64,000 nt of DNA from Candidatus Undinarchaeota archaeon (GTDB lineage: Archaea > SpSt-1190 > JASMDC01). This document shows, one piece after another, positions 19,200-28,695 of this stretch. The DNA lies in NCBI GenBank assembly GCA_964519305.1, contig CAZFHY010000006.1, positions 64,001-128,000 of the forward strand, in the 5' to 3' direction. The notes beneath the pieces are model-generated. The model made no database searches. It was given only the letters and a program-made list of their open reading frames with translations, and had not been told where the DNA came from. Both the position numbers and the translations under genes were made by a program. Position 1 is the first letter of the stretch; the number at the start of each line of letters is the position of its first letter.

Positions 19200-19952
19200 C
19201 TACTCCAGGAAGTAGCCCGTGTTCCTGACGAGCACCCGTTCCACGCGCCCGACATCGAGGTCGTACACCGCAAGGAAGCTGAGGAAGTCACCACGCACTG
19301 GATCGTTGCGCAGCACCACGCGACCACAGTCGATACCGATCCTGCGGACGTCGGTGTCAACGAACACGACCTCGTCCCTCGGCTCGAAGGGCAGGGCGTT
19401 GAGGTCCTTGTCGGCGTGCTCGGTCAGGGCCGCTTTGAACCTCTCTGTCCCCTTGTACAGGTTGAGGTCGAAGCCCTTCCGGTTCGCTTCCACATGAGCG
19501 CAGGACTCCCGCACTGCACGCTCGAGCGAGGTGTTCAGTCCGGGTACAGGTCCGAACGACAACGCATCGATGACAGGTCCGCCATGCAGCGTGCCCGCGG
19601 GCTGACAGGTCAGACGCACCCAGGTAGATCGGTGCAACTCCTGGTACATCCGCTCCGTGAGGTAGTACTGTCGGGAGAGCACACGGCCTTCCACCAGACG
19701 ATATGTGCGGAACAGGTTCATATCGCCAGTGTCCTCGATACGACCGACGAGGGTGAGCGTGGTGTTGGTGTCCTCCTCGGTAGCGGTGGTATCAGTACTG
19801 ACCAGTCCCTGGCCGTCCGATATCTCGAAACGTGCAGCAGCGGCCTCAGTATCACTGCCCGACGGATGCCGCTGACAGCCTGCTAGGAGCGCAAGGACGC
19901 CGAGCACGAGGGCCACGGTCGCGAGGATCTGTGGGTCCATGGGGTCCACCAT
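19200..19952 (-). CDS. Putative lipoprotein
   Basis: Hydrophobic signal ending LLAGC (lipobox-like); the longer track ORF runs into the tRNA, so a start at 19952 or 19940 is preferred. Confidence 0.6.
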   Translation of the reverse strand: MVDPMDPQILATVALVLGVLALLAGCQRHPSGSDTEAAAARFEISDGQGLVSTDTTATEEDTNTTLTLVGRIEDTGDMNLFRTYRLVEGRVLSRQYYLTERMYQELHRSTWVRLTCQPAGTLHGGPVIDALSFGPVPGLNTSLERAVRESCAHVEANRKGFDLNLYKGTERFKAALTEHADKDLNALPFEPRDEVVFVDTDVRRIGIDCGRVVLRNDPVRGDFLSFLAVYDLDVGRVERVLVRNTGYFLE

Positions 19953-19963
19953 TAATGATAAGT

Positions 19964-20051
19964 TGGTGCGGGGGACGGGATTCGAACCCGTGTAGGCACT
20001 AAGCCACAGGGTCCTAAGCCCTGCCCCATTGGCCAACTAGGGTACCCCCGC
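19964..20051 (-). tRNA. tRNA-Leu (TAG), CCA encoded
   Basis: GCGGGGG...CCCCCGC acceptor stem, anticodon arm CAGGG-CTTAGGA-CCCTG, long variable arm, GGTTCGAATCC T-loop, 3' ACCA; no intron. Confidence 0.95.
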
Positions 20052-20118
20052 AATGCGTGTTGAGGCGGAGGGAAGGAATTTAAACGTGACGGGAGGTCGC
20101 GCCGGTCACGTCCGTTCC

Positions 20119-23100
20119 CTACCCGTTCAAATTGTTGCTAGTTGAACTGGTGCTAGAGGAGCTTGTGCTCGATGTGCTATCAGTTGTGCCATCTGGCGAC
20201 CAGCTGAAACCGATGTACCCCTTTTCCAGCTCATGGCAATGGGGCTCGACATTGTCCGAGGGGAAGGGCGTCAGCTCCCGCCACAGGCAGTAGCCAGTGC
20301 CGGCGTTGTTCGGTTTATACACCGCGCTCCCGGGGCACTTGTAGTCCTTCGTCACGTCGCTCTCGGTCCAACTGAACCCGATGTAACCGCTCTTGAGGTA
20401 GTGGCAGTAGGGTTTCACGTCGGCCTTGGGCAGGACGATGCCCTTGAAGAGGCAGAACGCCTTACCTGCGCTGGTCGTGTAGCTGGCACCCTCGGGACAT
20501 TTTCTCGTGGGAGCTGCTGTCGGTACGGGAGTAGGAGTGGGGGCTTTGGTCGGCTCTGGGGTGGGTGACGGAGTGGGCACCTTGGTCGGTTCCAGCGTGG
20601 GTTCCGGTGTCGACGTCTTGGTCGGTTCCGGTGTCGGTGATGCCTTCACGACCGTCGGTGTCGGCGTGGATGTCGCTGTGGGTGAGATCCCTGTACCGCT
20701 CCCGAGGATGATGGCAACGCACCTGTCGCTGGAGGAAGCACCGTCCGTCGTGGTTTCCGGCGGTCCGCAGTAGATAACATGGGTGACGATTCCGTGGGAG
20801 TTGAGCTGCTTCACGATGGCCTCCAGGCTCCCGATGAGCACGCCCGCCTTCTCGGCCAGGAGGTCCAGGCGGACCTTGCCGCCGGCCTCGAGCACCGTCT
20901 CGAGCACATTCACCTCGTCCAGGCCCATCCCGGCTGCCAGGAGGCGCTCGGCTACGGCTGTTTCGAAACTGCTATCGTACTTTGTGAGCACGCGCTTGAG
21001 CGCCGCCATTGCCTCCTGTTCCTCGATGGACGGATCGCCTGCCGACTTCTCATCGGTGGGCTGCGTGGCGCTCCTGCCGTAGAAGTAGATGCTGCAGTAT
21101 GAACCGTAATCGTCCGGCCACTTCGTTTCCCGGCCTATGAAGTAGATATCACAGCCGGAGCCTTCTCCTATGGTGCGGAAAATGCCTTCCAGTTCCTCCA
21201 CCGGGAGACCTGCTCCGGCAGCGAGCTTCTCGGCGGGCATAGCACCGCCGGCCTCGATGAGGGTATCGAGCACCTTCCGTCCATTGATACCGATCTCGTT
21301 CCTGACACCTAGCATATGGAAAACGCCCGCCATGTCCGTGGTGCCCGTCGGCTCGAGAGGCTCGACCGTCCCCACCTTGCCGGAGAGGGTACCGCCCACC
21401 CAGATGACGACCACGGGCCTGGTGGCGGTCCCGTCGACGATGGAAAGGGCCTTCGCCTTTCCTATTGCCTCCTCCCTTGACCGGGGCAAGCGCTCAAGGA
21501 GCTGGTCGCCCGGCTGAGACGACTTCTCATCGTCACTGTCGTCCCCGACGTAGATAAAGTGTACGATGATACCGTGGGTATCCATGGTCTCTACCATTCT
21601 CGGGACCTCTTCCACGGCGAGGTCCGTCTTCCCGGCCAGCTCTACGGCGGGCAGTACGCCGCCGGCCTCGATGAGGACCTCCAGCACCGTTCGCGCCTCG
21701 GTACCGATGTCACCCCTAACGCCGAGCATGCGGAACACGCCTGCCTTATCGAGCGTCCCTGTCGTGCCGAGGGGCTCACCCGTCCCCGCCGTTCCGGAGA
21801 GGGTACCGCCCACCCAGATGACGACCACGGGGATGCGGGCCGCCTTCTCGCCACCGTACAGCGCCTCGGCCTTCTTGATCGCGTCCTCCCGGCTTCGGGG
21901 CAGACGCTCCAGCAGCGGCACATCTGGGTCCTGCGACTCCTCTTCAGGATCGTCGCTCCCGATGTAGATGATGTGTATCATGATCCCGTACTCTGACATG
22001 GTATCGACGAATGTGGCCATTTCCTCAACCGGGATGCCTGAACCCTTCATGAACTCGGTCAGCTCCAGGGCCCCATCCGCCTCGGTGAGCATCACGAGGG
22101 CGTTCCTTTCCCGTGCGGGAAGGATCTGCATCACCCTTTCGATGACTCCTGCCGGTACGCCGGATGCCCTCTTCGTGGGGCAGGGCTCCTGCAGGTCATT
22201 GAGCCCGTTGTCGGACAGCTCGCCCACCCCGATGGCGACGATGGTGATCCCCGCCGCTTTACCGGGGTAGCATGGCCTCTTGATCACTTCGATCCCTGCC
22301 ATCGACATCTTCTTCAACAGGCTGCCGACTCCCCCCTGGTCAGCAACGAAACCTTTCGCCGCGTCCGTGAACTGTTCTCTGAACGAGGGGTCCAGTAACT
22401 GCTTCCTGAAATCCGGATCGTTCATCCGCTCCCGGAATTCCGGGATACGCCTGAGCACGCGCCCCTCCTCGGAGCGCTCGACGAATCTCTCCACGTTCCG
22501 GAGCAGTGCCTTGGCAGCGGCCGACTCCCTGAACGCACTATCATCGCTCCCGCTCTCTGCGGCCTCCCTGGCCGATGTGAGCCGCCCCTTGGCCTTTTCC
22601 AGGATACGTCCCGCCGCCTTACTGGTGAGGTTCAGCGCCTCGACCTTGGAAACGAGGGCGGCCAGACGCGTCTCGACGTCACTCATGTCCTTCTGGGCCC
22701 TCTTCACCATGGTCTTTCGACCACGCAGTTCACCCGCGAAGCCATCCCTCCGGTCGTCGAAGGTCAGCTTGATGGCGTCGTATTCCTGTGCCCTGGCCTG
22801 TGAGATCGCCCGCATGGCCTTGCGCAATGCCTCTTCGGTACCATCTACGTCGTCGAAGTCCTGAGTGGATCCCAGGATGTCCTCGATGATCGGGTTCTCC
22901 TCAGGCTCTACTGTCGCAGACCCCTCCAGTTCCGATAGTTCTTCATCGGTCTTGTCGTCGTTCTCTTCTTTCAGTTTCAGCGAATCACGGGCCTCGGCGA
23001 GCGCTTTCTCGCGCATCTTACGGGCCTTGTCCTGAGCTTCCTTCGCCCGTTCAAGGAGCTTCGTCAGACGCTCCTTGATCTTGGTCATCTGCTTCTTGCG

Positions 23101-24156
23101 CAGTTCCTTGGCAGCCTCCCGCTTGGCTTTCCAGACCTCCTTCTCCTTCTCGATACGTTCCCTGACCAGGGCGTGGATAGCCTTACCCGGTCGCACGGTC
23201 TCGATACCGATGTCCTTCAGTGCAGCAGCGACCTTGTCGGCGAGGTCGGGCCTCCCGACGACCTTTATCTTCGATGGTTCGAGCGACTTTACCTTCTCGA
23301 TGAGCGATGAGATATCCTCCTCCGAGCGGATGACGATCGAAGTGACGTGCTCCCCTGCGTCCTGATTTGCCGTCCCCTGAAGCGCGTCAGTGAAGTCCTT
23401 GATGGCCACGATTATTAATGGTCTGTCCGTGGCGCCCTCGGCCTTCGCTTTCTCGATGACCTTCTCAGCGACCGCTTCAGCCACCTCTTCGGGCGTTCCA
23501 CCACCAACGACCTCCTCGGTGACGTTTAGGGCGGTGAGCTCCTCGCGCAGCGTCTCGTTGATATCGGAGCCTACGAGCTTCACCTTCTCGATACCAAGCT
23601 CCCCGATGACGTCCGAGATGTCGGACGGTACGGCATCCAGTGGGACGATTAGAACAGGTAGCTTGAACGCGGTGGCCAGATCCTTGGCGGCCCCCACCTC
23701 GTCCATGTTACCGTCATTAGGTGCCTCGATGTTGTCCGTCACGAGCACGGCTTCCGTGATTCCCTCGAGCCAGAAGTACCGGGCCACTTCGGCACTTGTC
23801 CCGTACCGGGTCATGCCCCAGAGCCGGACGACGGTCTTCCCCTGACCGGTCAGACCCTCCTCGATGTCATCGCTGACCACGGCGGGACCTCCAATGATGT
23901 AGACCGTCTCGGGTTTCAGATCGTCAATGGTCGCAACGGTCTCTTCTGGTAGCGTGTCCTTCTCCGTGAGGAGCAGGGGGATTCCCTGCTTCAGCGCCGC
24001 GGCCCGGGCGACCATGGCATCGGGATAGTTTACTGTAGTGGCAAGCAGCACTGCGTCGACACTTGCAGTCATATCACCGCTATCGATGTCTTCCTGGGCC
24101 AATGCCGTGCTTAGCACGAGCATAAGTACGAGTAATCGAGAAATCCACTTCATCAT
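20119..24156 (-). CDS. Large secreted protein: cell-wall-binding repeat 2 (CWB2)-like N-terminus, coiled coil, wHTH-like repeats, PT linker, Cys-rich C-terminal repeats
   Basis: Signal peptide; LLATTVNYPDAM...IPLLLT...VYIIGGPAVVS...RLWGMTRYGTS (CWB2-like); four internal repeats; (TPEP/PTKA)n linker; two C..YCH.L..GYIGFSW repeats. Confidence 0.8.
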   Translation of the reverse strand: MMKWISRLLVLMLVLSTALAQEDIDSGDMTASVDAVLLATTVNYPDAMVARAAALKQGIPLLLTEKDTLPEETVATIDDLKPETVYIIGGPAVVSDDIEEGLTGQGKTVVRLWGMTRYGTSAEVARYFWLEGITEAVLVTDNIEAPNDGNMDEVGAAKDLATAFKLPVLIVPLDAVPSDISDVIGELGIEKVKLVGSDINETLREELTALNVTEEVVGGGTPEEVAEAVAEKVIEKAKAEGATDRPLIIVAIKDFTDALQGTANQDAGEHVTSIVIRSEEDISSLIEKVKSLEPSKIKVVGRPDLADKVAAALKDIGIETVRPGKAIHALVRERIEKEKEVWKAKREAAKELRKKQMTKIKERLTKLLERAKEAQDKARKMREKALAEARDSLKLKEENDDKTDEELSELEGSATVEPEENPIIEDILGSTQDFDDVDGTEEALRKAMRAISQARAQEYDAIKLTFDDRRDGFAGELRGRKTMVKRAQKDMSDVETRLAALVSKVEALNLTSKAAGRILEKAKGRLTSAREAAESGSDDSAFRESAAAKALLRNVERFVERSEEGRVLRRIPEFRERMNDPDFRKQLLDPSFREQFTDAAKGFVADQGGVGSLLKKMSMAGIEVIKRPCYPGKAAGITIVAIGVGELSDNGLNDLQEPCPTKRASGVPAGVIERVMQILPARERNALVMLTEADGALELTEFMKGSGIPVEEMATFVDTMSEYGIMIHIIYIGSDDPEEESQDPDVPLLERLPRSREDAIKKAEALYGGEKAARIPVVVIWVGGTLSGTAGTGEPLGTTGTLDKAGVFRMLGVRGDIGTEARTVLEVLIEAGGVLPAVELAGKTDLAVEEVPRMVETMDTHGIIVHFIYVGDDSDDEKSSQPGDQLLERLPRSREEAIGKAKALSIVDGTATRPVVVIWVGGTLSGKVGTVEPLEPTGTTDMAGVFHMLGVRNEIGINGRKVLDTLIEAGGAMPAEKLAAGAGLPVEELEGIFRTIGEGSGCDIYFIGRETKWPDDYGSYCSIYFYGRSATQPTDEKSAGDPSIEEQEAMAALKRVLTKYDSSFETAVAERLLAAGMGLDEVNVLETVLEAGGKVRLDLLAEKAGVLIGSLEAIVKQLNSHGIVTHVIYCGPPETTTDGASSSDRCVAIILGSGTGISPTATSTPTPTVVKASPTPEPTKTSTPEPTLEPTKVPTPSPTPEPTKAPTPTPVPTAAPTRKCPEGASYTTSAGKAFCLFKGIVLPKADVKPYCHYLKSGYIGFSWTESDVTKDYKCPGSAVYKPNNAGTGYCLWRELTPFPSDNVEPHCHELEKGYIGFSWSPDGTTDSTSSTSSSSTSSTSNNLNG

Positions 24157-24240
24157 GACGTCCCCTCTCCTCCTTCTAATTTGTATCAGGGACGGATTAA
24201 ATAGTTACCGGGGATCGAGGTGATCGTAGCCAGTTCCGAC

Positions 24241-25809
24241 TTATCGTCCGGTCAGTTCGTAGCGTGCGGGATCGAGCGTGCCGGGAGGCACAAGGACGAC
24301 ATAGGAGCCCCAGTCCCAGGTGTCAAGGATGGTCACCTCGAAGAGGTCCTCATCGATGGGATCCTTGTCCTGATGGTTCTCGAACACCGACAGCCAGTCC
24401 GTGCTCTTGTCGCGAACAAGGAGCGCGATATGATCGCCCCCACGAGCGAGAACGTACCCGCCGTTCACCCGTGTATCATCGTGGAGCAGGTCGATGACCG
24501 TGCTGTCCTTCCTCGTCCGGTCGTGGATCTCGATTGTCGTCTCGCCAGCATCGGTGACCGTCGTCGTGGAAGGACGGAAGTCGAGCAGGAAGAGGTCGAT
24601 GGGCAGGTCGTAGTATGTATGCTGGCCCTGCGCCACCTGGATGGCATACCCGTGCTCGTTCTTCTTGTTCCAGTGAGGGTGCTGCGAGTCCGGGGCGACG
24701 AAGATTACCTGCCATCCCTGCTGTACCAGCTCCCGGGCTATGCCGATACCGCGCTTCCCTGTCCGTGTGTAAGCGCTGAAGAGCTGCTGGTACCGGGAGC
24801 CCAGCCCTGCCTCGTTGTGCGCCTCCTTCAGAACGTCCAGCACGATGCCGATGCACGAGCTCTCACGCGGTATCCGGTCCACGTCACTCGCCGTGGAAGA
24901 TGTGGCGAGGGAGAGGGCCTCGGCCGCGTCCTTCCCTTCCATCCTAAGCTTGTAGTACCGGTACACGCCATCCGTGGTCGGCAGCCGTGGCACCGCCTGC
25001 TCGACCTCTTGAGCTATCCGCTGCTCGAACTGTTCCATGACACGATCCCGGGACTTCGGTTGTAGGACGAGCTGCCCGTAGAGGTCGAAGTTCAGCGTGC
25101 TGAGGTCACCCTGTTTGAGCAGGGCATAGAGGAGGGCCTTGGGATGGCTCCCGCCGAACCTGGTGGTGAGGAGCTCGGCATACTCCGAGTCGTCGCCGTA
25201 GTGGGTGCTGACGCCGAACCCGTGCTGCTCGTCGAGAGCTAGCTTGTGCTCGGAATGGGTCCGCAGCGCCTTCCGGGAGATGAGCTTGCCCATCGATATG
25301 TCAGCAGTCGTGTCCACTGGGGCCGTACCTGCCGGAGCGGAGCCCAGCAGGCACCGTCCGTTCGCGATATACGTGCGTTCCTCGACACGCTGGAACCCGC
25401 GGTCGGCGACCGAGTAGCACTCGCCGGTCTCGAACCGATTGGTTGGACTGCTGACCAGGCAGCACGCGCACGCGAGCCGCAGACCATCGCTCCCTATGAT
25501 GTCGCAATCCAGCCAGTTGTCGAGCCGGCCGTAGAGCTGTGGATAGTGCTTCGTTTTGTCGCCCTGTACCGAGGTCCCGACCACCTTGCCCTCGAAACAT
25601 GTCGTTTCCTGGCCGCTGACCGATAGGAGGTCGGAGCAGATGATGCACGCGTCCTCCACCATCTCCGAGCCGCCGCCATCAGCGTCCATGCTCTTGAGGC
25701 CCGTGCATGTTTCTGCACCACGATTTCCGTTGCATCCGGCAAGGAGCACCAGCGCGACAAGGAGGAGCGCGATGGCCGTTCCGCCACGCTCCGATCCACC
25801 GAATACCAT
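24241..25809 (-). CDS. Putative lipoprotein with C-terminal papain/NlpC-like domain
   Basis: LLAGC lipobox; Cys-rich N-domain; C-terminal SSCIGIV...GGDHIALL...VFENH suggests a Cys-His-Glu triad. Confidence 0.55.
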   Translation of the reverse strand: MVFGGSERGGTAIALLLVALVLLAGCNGNRGAETCTGLKSMDADGGGSEMVEDACIICSDLLSVSGQETTCFEGKVVGTSVQGDKTKHYPQLYGRLDNWLDCDIIGSDGLRLACACCLVSSPTNRFETGECYSVADRGFQRVEERTYIANGRCLLGSAPAGTAPVDTTADISMGKLISRKALRTHSEHKLALDEQHGFGVSTHYGDDSEYAELLTTRFGGSHPKALLYALLKQGDLSTLNFDLYGQLVLQPKSRDRVMEQFEQRIAQEVEQAVPRLPTTDGVYRYYKLRMEGKDAAEALSLATSSTASDVDRIPRESSCIGIVLDVLKEAHNEAGLGSRYQQLFSAYTRTGKRGIGIARELVQQGWQVIFVAPDSQHPHWNKKNEHGYAIQVAQGQHTYYDLPIDLFLLDFRPSTTTVTDAGETTIEIHDRTRKDSTVIDLLHDDTRVNGGYVLARGGDHIALLVRDKSTDWLSVFENHQDKDPIDEDLFEVTILDTWDWGSYVVLVPPGTLDPARYELTGR

Positions 25810-25868
25810 CGTGGTCTCTCTTCGCCCCCTGGTTTGTTATTAAGCGTTTCGGACGGTCGGCGGTTCAA

Positions 25869-26891
25869 TCACCGCTCATAGCTCACTGCACCGAGAGTGA
25901 TGAGCTTGTTGAGCACCATGTCCACGGCAGCGTTCCCAAGCTGTTCGCGAACTGCCGCTTCGACCTCTACCATGTCACGAGTGCCGTCGCACAATTCCAC
26001 GACGGTCAGTCTCTCCTCGTCCTCTGTGATCTCTGTACCAAGGGGGAACCGAGCTTTGGGAAGTGCCCAGGCCTTCCGCGCCACATCGACCTTCATAGCC
26101 GGACCTTTGCTTGGATTTCCCTCGACAGTGATCAGGGTGCCCCGGTTCATCCCGTGGCGTTCGTCCTGTACGGCGATGACACCGCATGCGAGCGTGTAGG
26201 CAGTGGTCCCTCTCGGAGGGTCCACCTTGGCGTCCCGCTTCAGATGGTCGGTGATCCTGAACCGTGCGTCACGGTCTAGGACCACGCGGCCGCCCTCTAC
26301 CTTGGCGGTGAGGGTGGCGATGGGTGCTCGGGCGCAGGCCTTGACGAGACTGGGCCAGCCCTTGGAGTCCAGTGGGAGCACACCCTTTCCGGTATCAAGG
26401 AAAGCACCGTCCCTGCCCTTTATCTGGCCGGATACCGTACCATCGGGCGCAGGAGTGCATGCGGCCGCGAGCTCCAGCAGGCGCCGACCACCGCCCTTGG
26501 CGCGCTTCCATACACCTTCGAAGAACCGTGATGCAATCCGTCCCTTACCCGAGACCACGGCTCCCGCACCGTTCAGTCCCGCAAAAGGATTGGCACCGAC
26601 GTAGGCCCGCTCACCGTCCGCGATCACCAGGCATCCGTCAAGCCCTTCAGCGAACCGGCTGCGGGCTCCGAGGAACCGTCCCTTGAACCGTCGGAGGGCC
26701 AGTGGGTCCAGTTGTCCTTCGGCCAGGTTGGCCACAACCCGGAGGCGTACCGCCGATCGCTCGAACCTCACTCGCGGCTCTTCAAGGAAGATCGGAGCGA
26801 TGATATCCAAGGAGCGTCGGGCACCGGCCATGAGCCGGACCACCTCGCGCGGGAGGGTGTGACGTCCGTCCTCGAGCACCAGGTGGACCAT
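25869..26891 (-). CDS. Degenerate PLD-fold domain protein with C-terminal PqqD/wHTH-like domain
   Basis: ARRSLDIIAP and LDGCLVIADGERAYVGAN (HxK absent); C-terminal ELCDGTRDMVEV...VDMVLNKLITLGAV; ATG at 26891. Confidence 0.55.
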   Translation of the reverse strand: MVHLVLEDGRHTLPREVVRLMAGARRSLDIIAPIFLEEPRVRFERSAVRLRVVANLAEGQLDPLALRRFKGRFLGARSRFAEGLDGCLVIADGERAYVGANPFAGLNGAGAVVSGKGRIASRFFEGVWKRAKGGGRRLLELAAACTPAPDGTVSGQIKGRDGAFLDTGKGVLPLDSKGWPSLVKACARAPIATLTAKVEGGRVVLDRDARFRITDHLKRDAKVDPPRGTTAYTLACGVIAVQDERHGMNRGTLITVEGNPSKGPAMKVDVARKAWALPKARFPLGTEITEDEERLTVVELCDGTRDMVEVEAAVREQLGNAAVDMVLNKLITLGAVSYER

Positions 26892-26934
26892 GGCGTGGTG
26901 AGGGAGCCCAAGACATATAGGTATGACGGTGGCG

Positions 26935-28632
26935 TCAGGCCTGCTCGACGAGCACATCGCCCAGGGCCATGAGGGGGACGCCCGTCTCCACGAACGTCTT
27001 CAGCGCGTCCTCGGGAGTGCACACAATGGGCTGGCCATGGACGTTGAAGGAAGTGTTGAGCACGATGCCGTCACCGGTCTCTTTCCGCACGCCCTCGATG
27101 ACACGTCGATAGGCAGGGTTCTCCTCGCCAAGGATCTGGGGGCGGGAGGAGCCGTCCACGTTGATGACGGCACGGAGCTGGTCTCTTAGACCGTCCTGGA
27201 TCAGATATCCCATGGTCATGAACCTGTCCGGTGCGTCCACGTCCTTGAAGAACCGCTTGCTGTCCTCTTCAAGTACCGAGGGGCAGAAGGGCTGGAACCA
27301 CACCCGCTTCTTCACCTTCATGTTCAGGTCGTGCTTGGCCGTGGGCGAGTCTGCACGGGCCAGGATGCTGCGGTTCCCCAGCGCCCGCGGACCCAGTTCC
27401 ATCCGGCCGTTGTACCAGAACACGATGTCGTTGGCGGCGATGCGCTCTGCGGCTGTGCCGGCAGCATCTTCGGACCGCTCCCACCTTACCTTCCCCTTGA
27501 ACGCCTTGAGAGCAGTGAGCACCTCGTCCTCGCCGTACTCAGGGCCGAGGAATATATGGGGGATGCGCTCCGGGTGGACCACGTCCACCTCCTTGGCCAC
27601 TTTGAGGGCGGCTCCGATGGCCAGGCCCCCGTCTCCCATGTGCGGGAACACGAACCATTCCTTGACATCAGGGAGCAGGCGGATGTGCATGTTCATCTTG
27701 ATGTTGGAAGCGATGCCTCCGTTCCATGCCACCGAGGACATCCCTGTCTCCTTCACGGCGTTGGCGAACAGCTGGCTCGTGAAGTGCTCGAACGCCCGCT
27801 GGGCCATGTGAGCGAACTGTTCGCGGGGATTGCGCCATAGCGTCCGCTGGAGCAGCTTGTATCGAGCGCCGGGGGAGAGCCGTGCCCGGACCCGCATACC
27901 GTCCACCTCGTAGAGGTCGAAGAAGGGGTTCTTCTCATCGGGCACCTCGTAGGAGAAGTCCGCGAGCGACATGACCTTCCCCTCGTCCTCGAGGACGCGC
28001 ATACCGATTAGGTGGGTGACCTCCTGGTAGAACAGACCCAGTGAGTCGCGGGTAGCCATGGTCTCCAGGTTCCTGACATCGCCGTCCTCAGCGATCCCCA
28101 CGGTCGTGGACACACCATCGCCCAGGGCGTCCATTGTGACCACCAGGCTCTTGCGGAATCCCGAACAGAGGGCCGCAGCGGCAGCATGGGCCTCGTGATG
28201 GTCGACGATGTGGAGGATGTAATCATGGTCGAACCCTGCCCGCGCCAATTGCGTGTGCAGAGCGCGTTTCGACAGAGCATGGAACAACCTGTTCGACCGG
28301 AGCTTTCCGGTAGAGTTCTGGATGAGCCGGTTGATCTCGACGTTCCATGGCGGGTCCACCTTGTGGCGACGGACCGGATAGTAGTCCTCCTTCACCTTGG
28401 GCCACACGCGGCCCAGGGTGACCGAGAAGTCGGATGTGCACCCTGCCACGACCTCGATGTCCGCCGGTTTGAGGTCGGCGGCCCCGAGACACCAGGACAG
28501 GGCCTTGTGGGGGAAGTGGACCTCGAGCTTACGACGTGTGAACCGCTCCTCGTTCGCAGCGGTGATCACTCGTCCGTCGCGGACCACGCAGGCGCCGGCG
28601 TCATGGCCGTCCCACACGCCCAGTATGTCCAT
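26935..28632 (-). CDS. Carbamoyltransferase, NodU/CmcH family
   Basis: GHDAGAC, EERFTRRK, HHEAHAAAA, EGKVMSLA, GRMELGPRALGNRSILA, QPFCPS, LNTSFNVHGQPIV. Confidence 0.95.
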   Translation of the reverse strand: MDILGVWDGHDAGACVVRDGRVITAANEERFTRRKLEVHFPHKALSWCLGAADLKPADIEVVAGCTSDFSVTLGRVWPKVKEDYYPVRRHKVDPPWNVEINRLIQNSTGKLRSNRLFHALSKRALHTQLARAGFDHDYILHIVDHHEAHAAAAALCSGFRKSLVVTMDALGDGVSTTVGIAEDGDVRNLETMATRDSLGLFYQEVTHLIGMRVLEDEGKVMSLADFSYEVPDEKNPFFDLYEVDGMRVRARLSPGARYKLLQRTLWRNPREQFAHMAQRAFEHFTSQLFANAVKETGMSSVAWNGGIASNIKMNMHIRLLPDVKEWFVFPHMGDGGLAIGAALKVAKEVDVVHPERIPHIFLGPEYGEDEVLTALKAFKGKVRWERSEDAAGTAAERIAANDIVFWYNGRMELGPRALGNRSILARADSPTAKHDLNMKVKKRVWFQPFCPSVLEEDSKRFFKDVDAPDRFMTMGYLIQDGLRDQLRAVINVDGSSRPQILGEENPAYRRVIEGVRKETGDGIVLNTSFNVHGQPIVCTPEDALKTFVETGVPLMALGDVLVEQA

Positions 28633-28695
28633 GGCGCGAGTGTTCAGGGCAAGTTTATATAACCATTATCGTGGGAGCCTCTTCAGGTGTGATGA

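Noticed and set aside
19900-20060. tRNA-Leu as an integration (att) site
   Set aside because: No duplicated tRNA 3' end and no integrase noticed in the window
28690-28695. Genome-wide TGA reassignment suggested by in-frame TGAs here and at 4568
   Set aside because: Many conserved genes end at TGA at expected positions, including ATGA/TGATG overlaps, and none has an internal TGA
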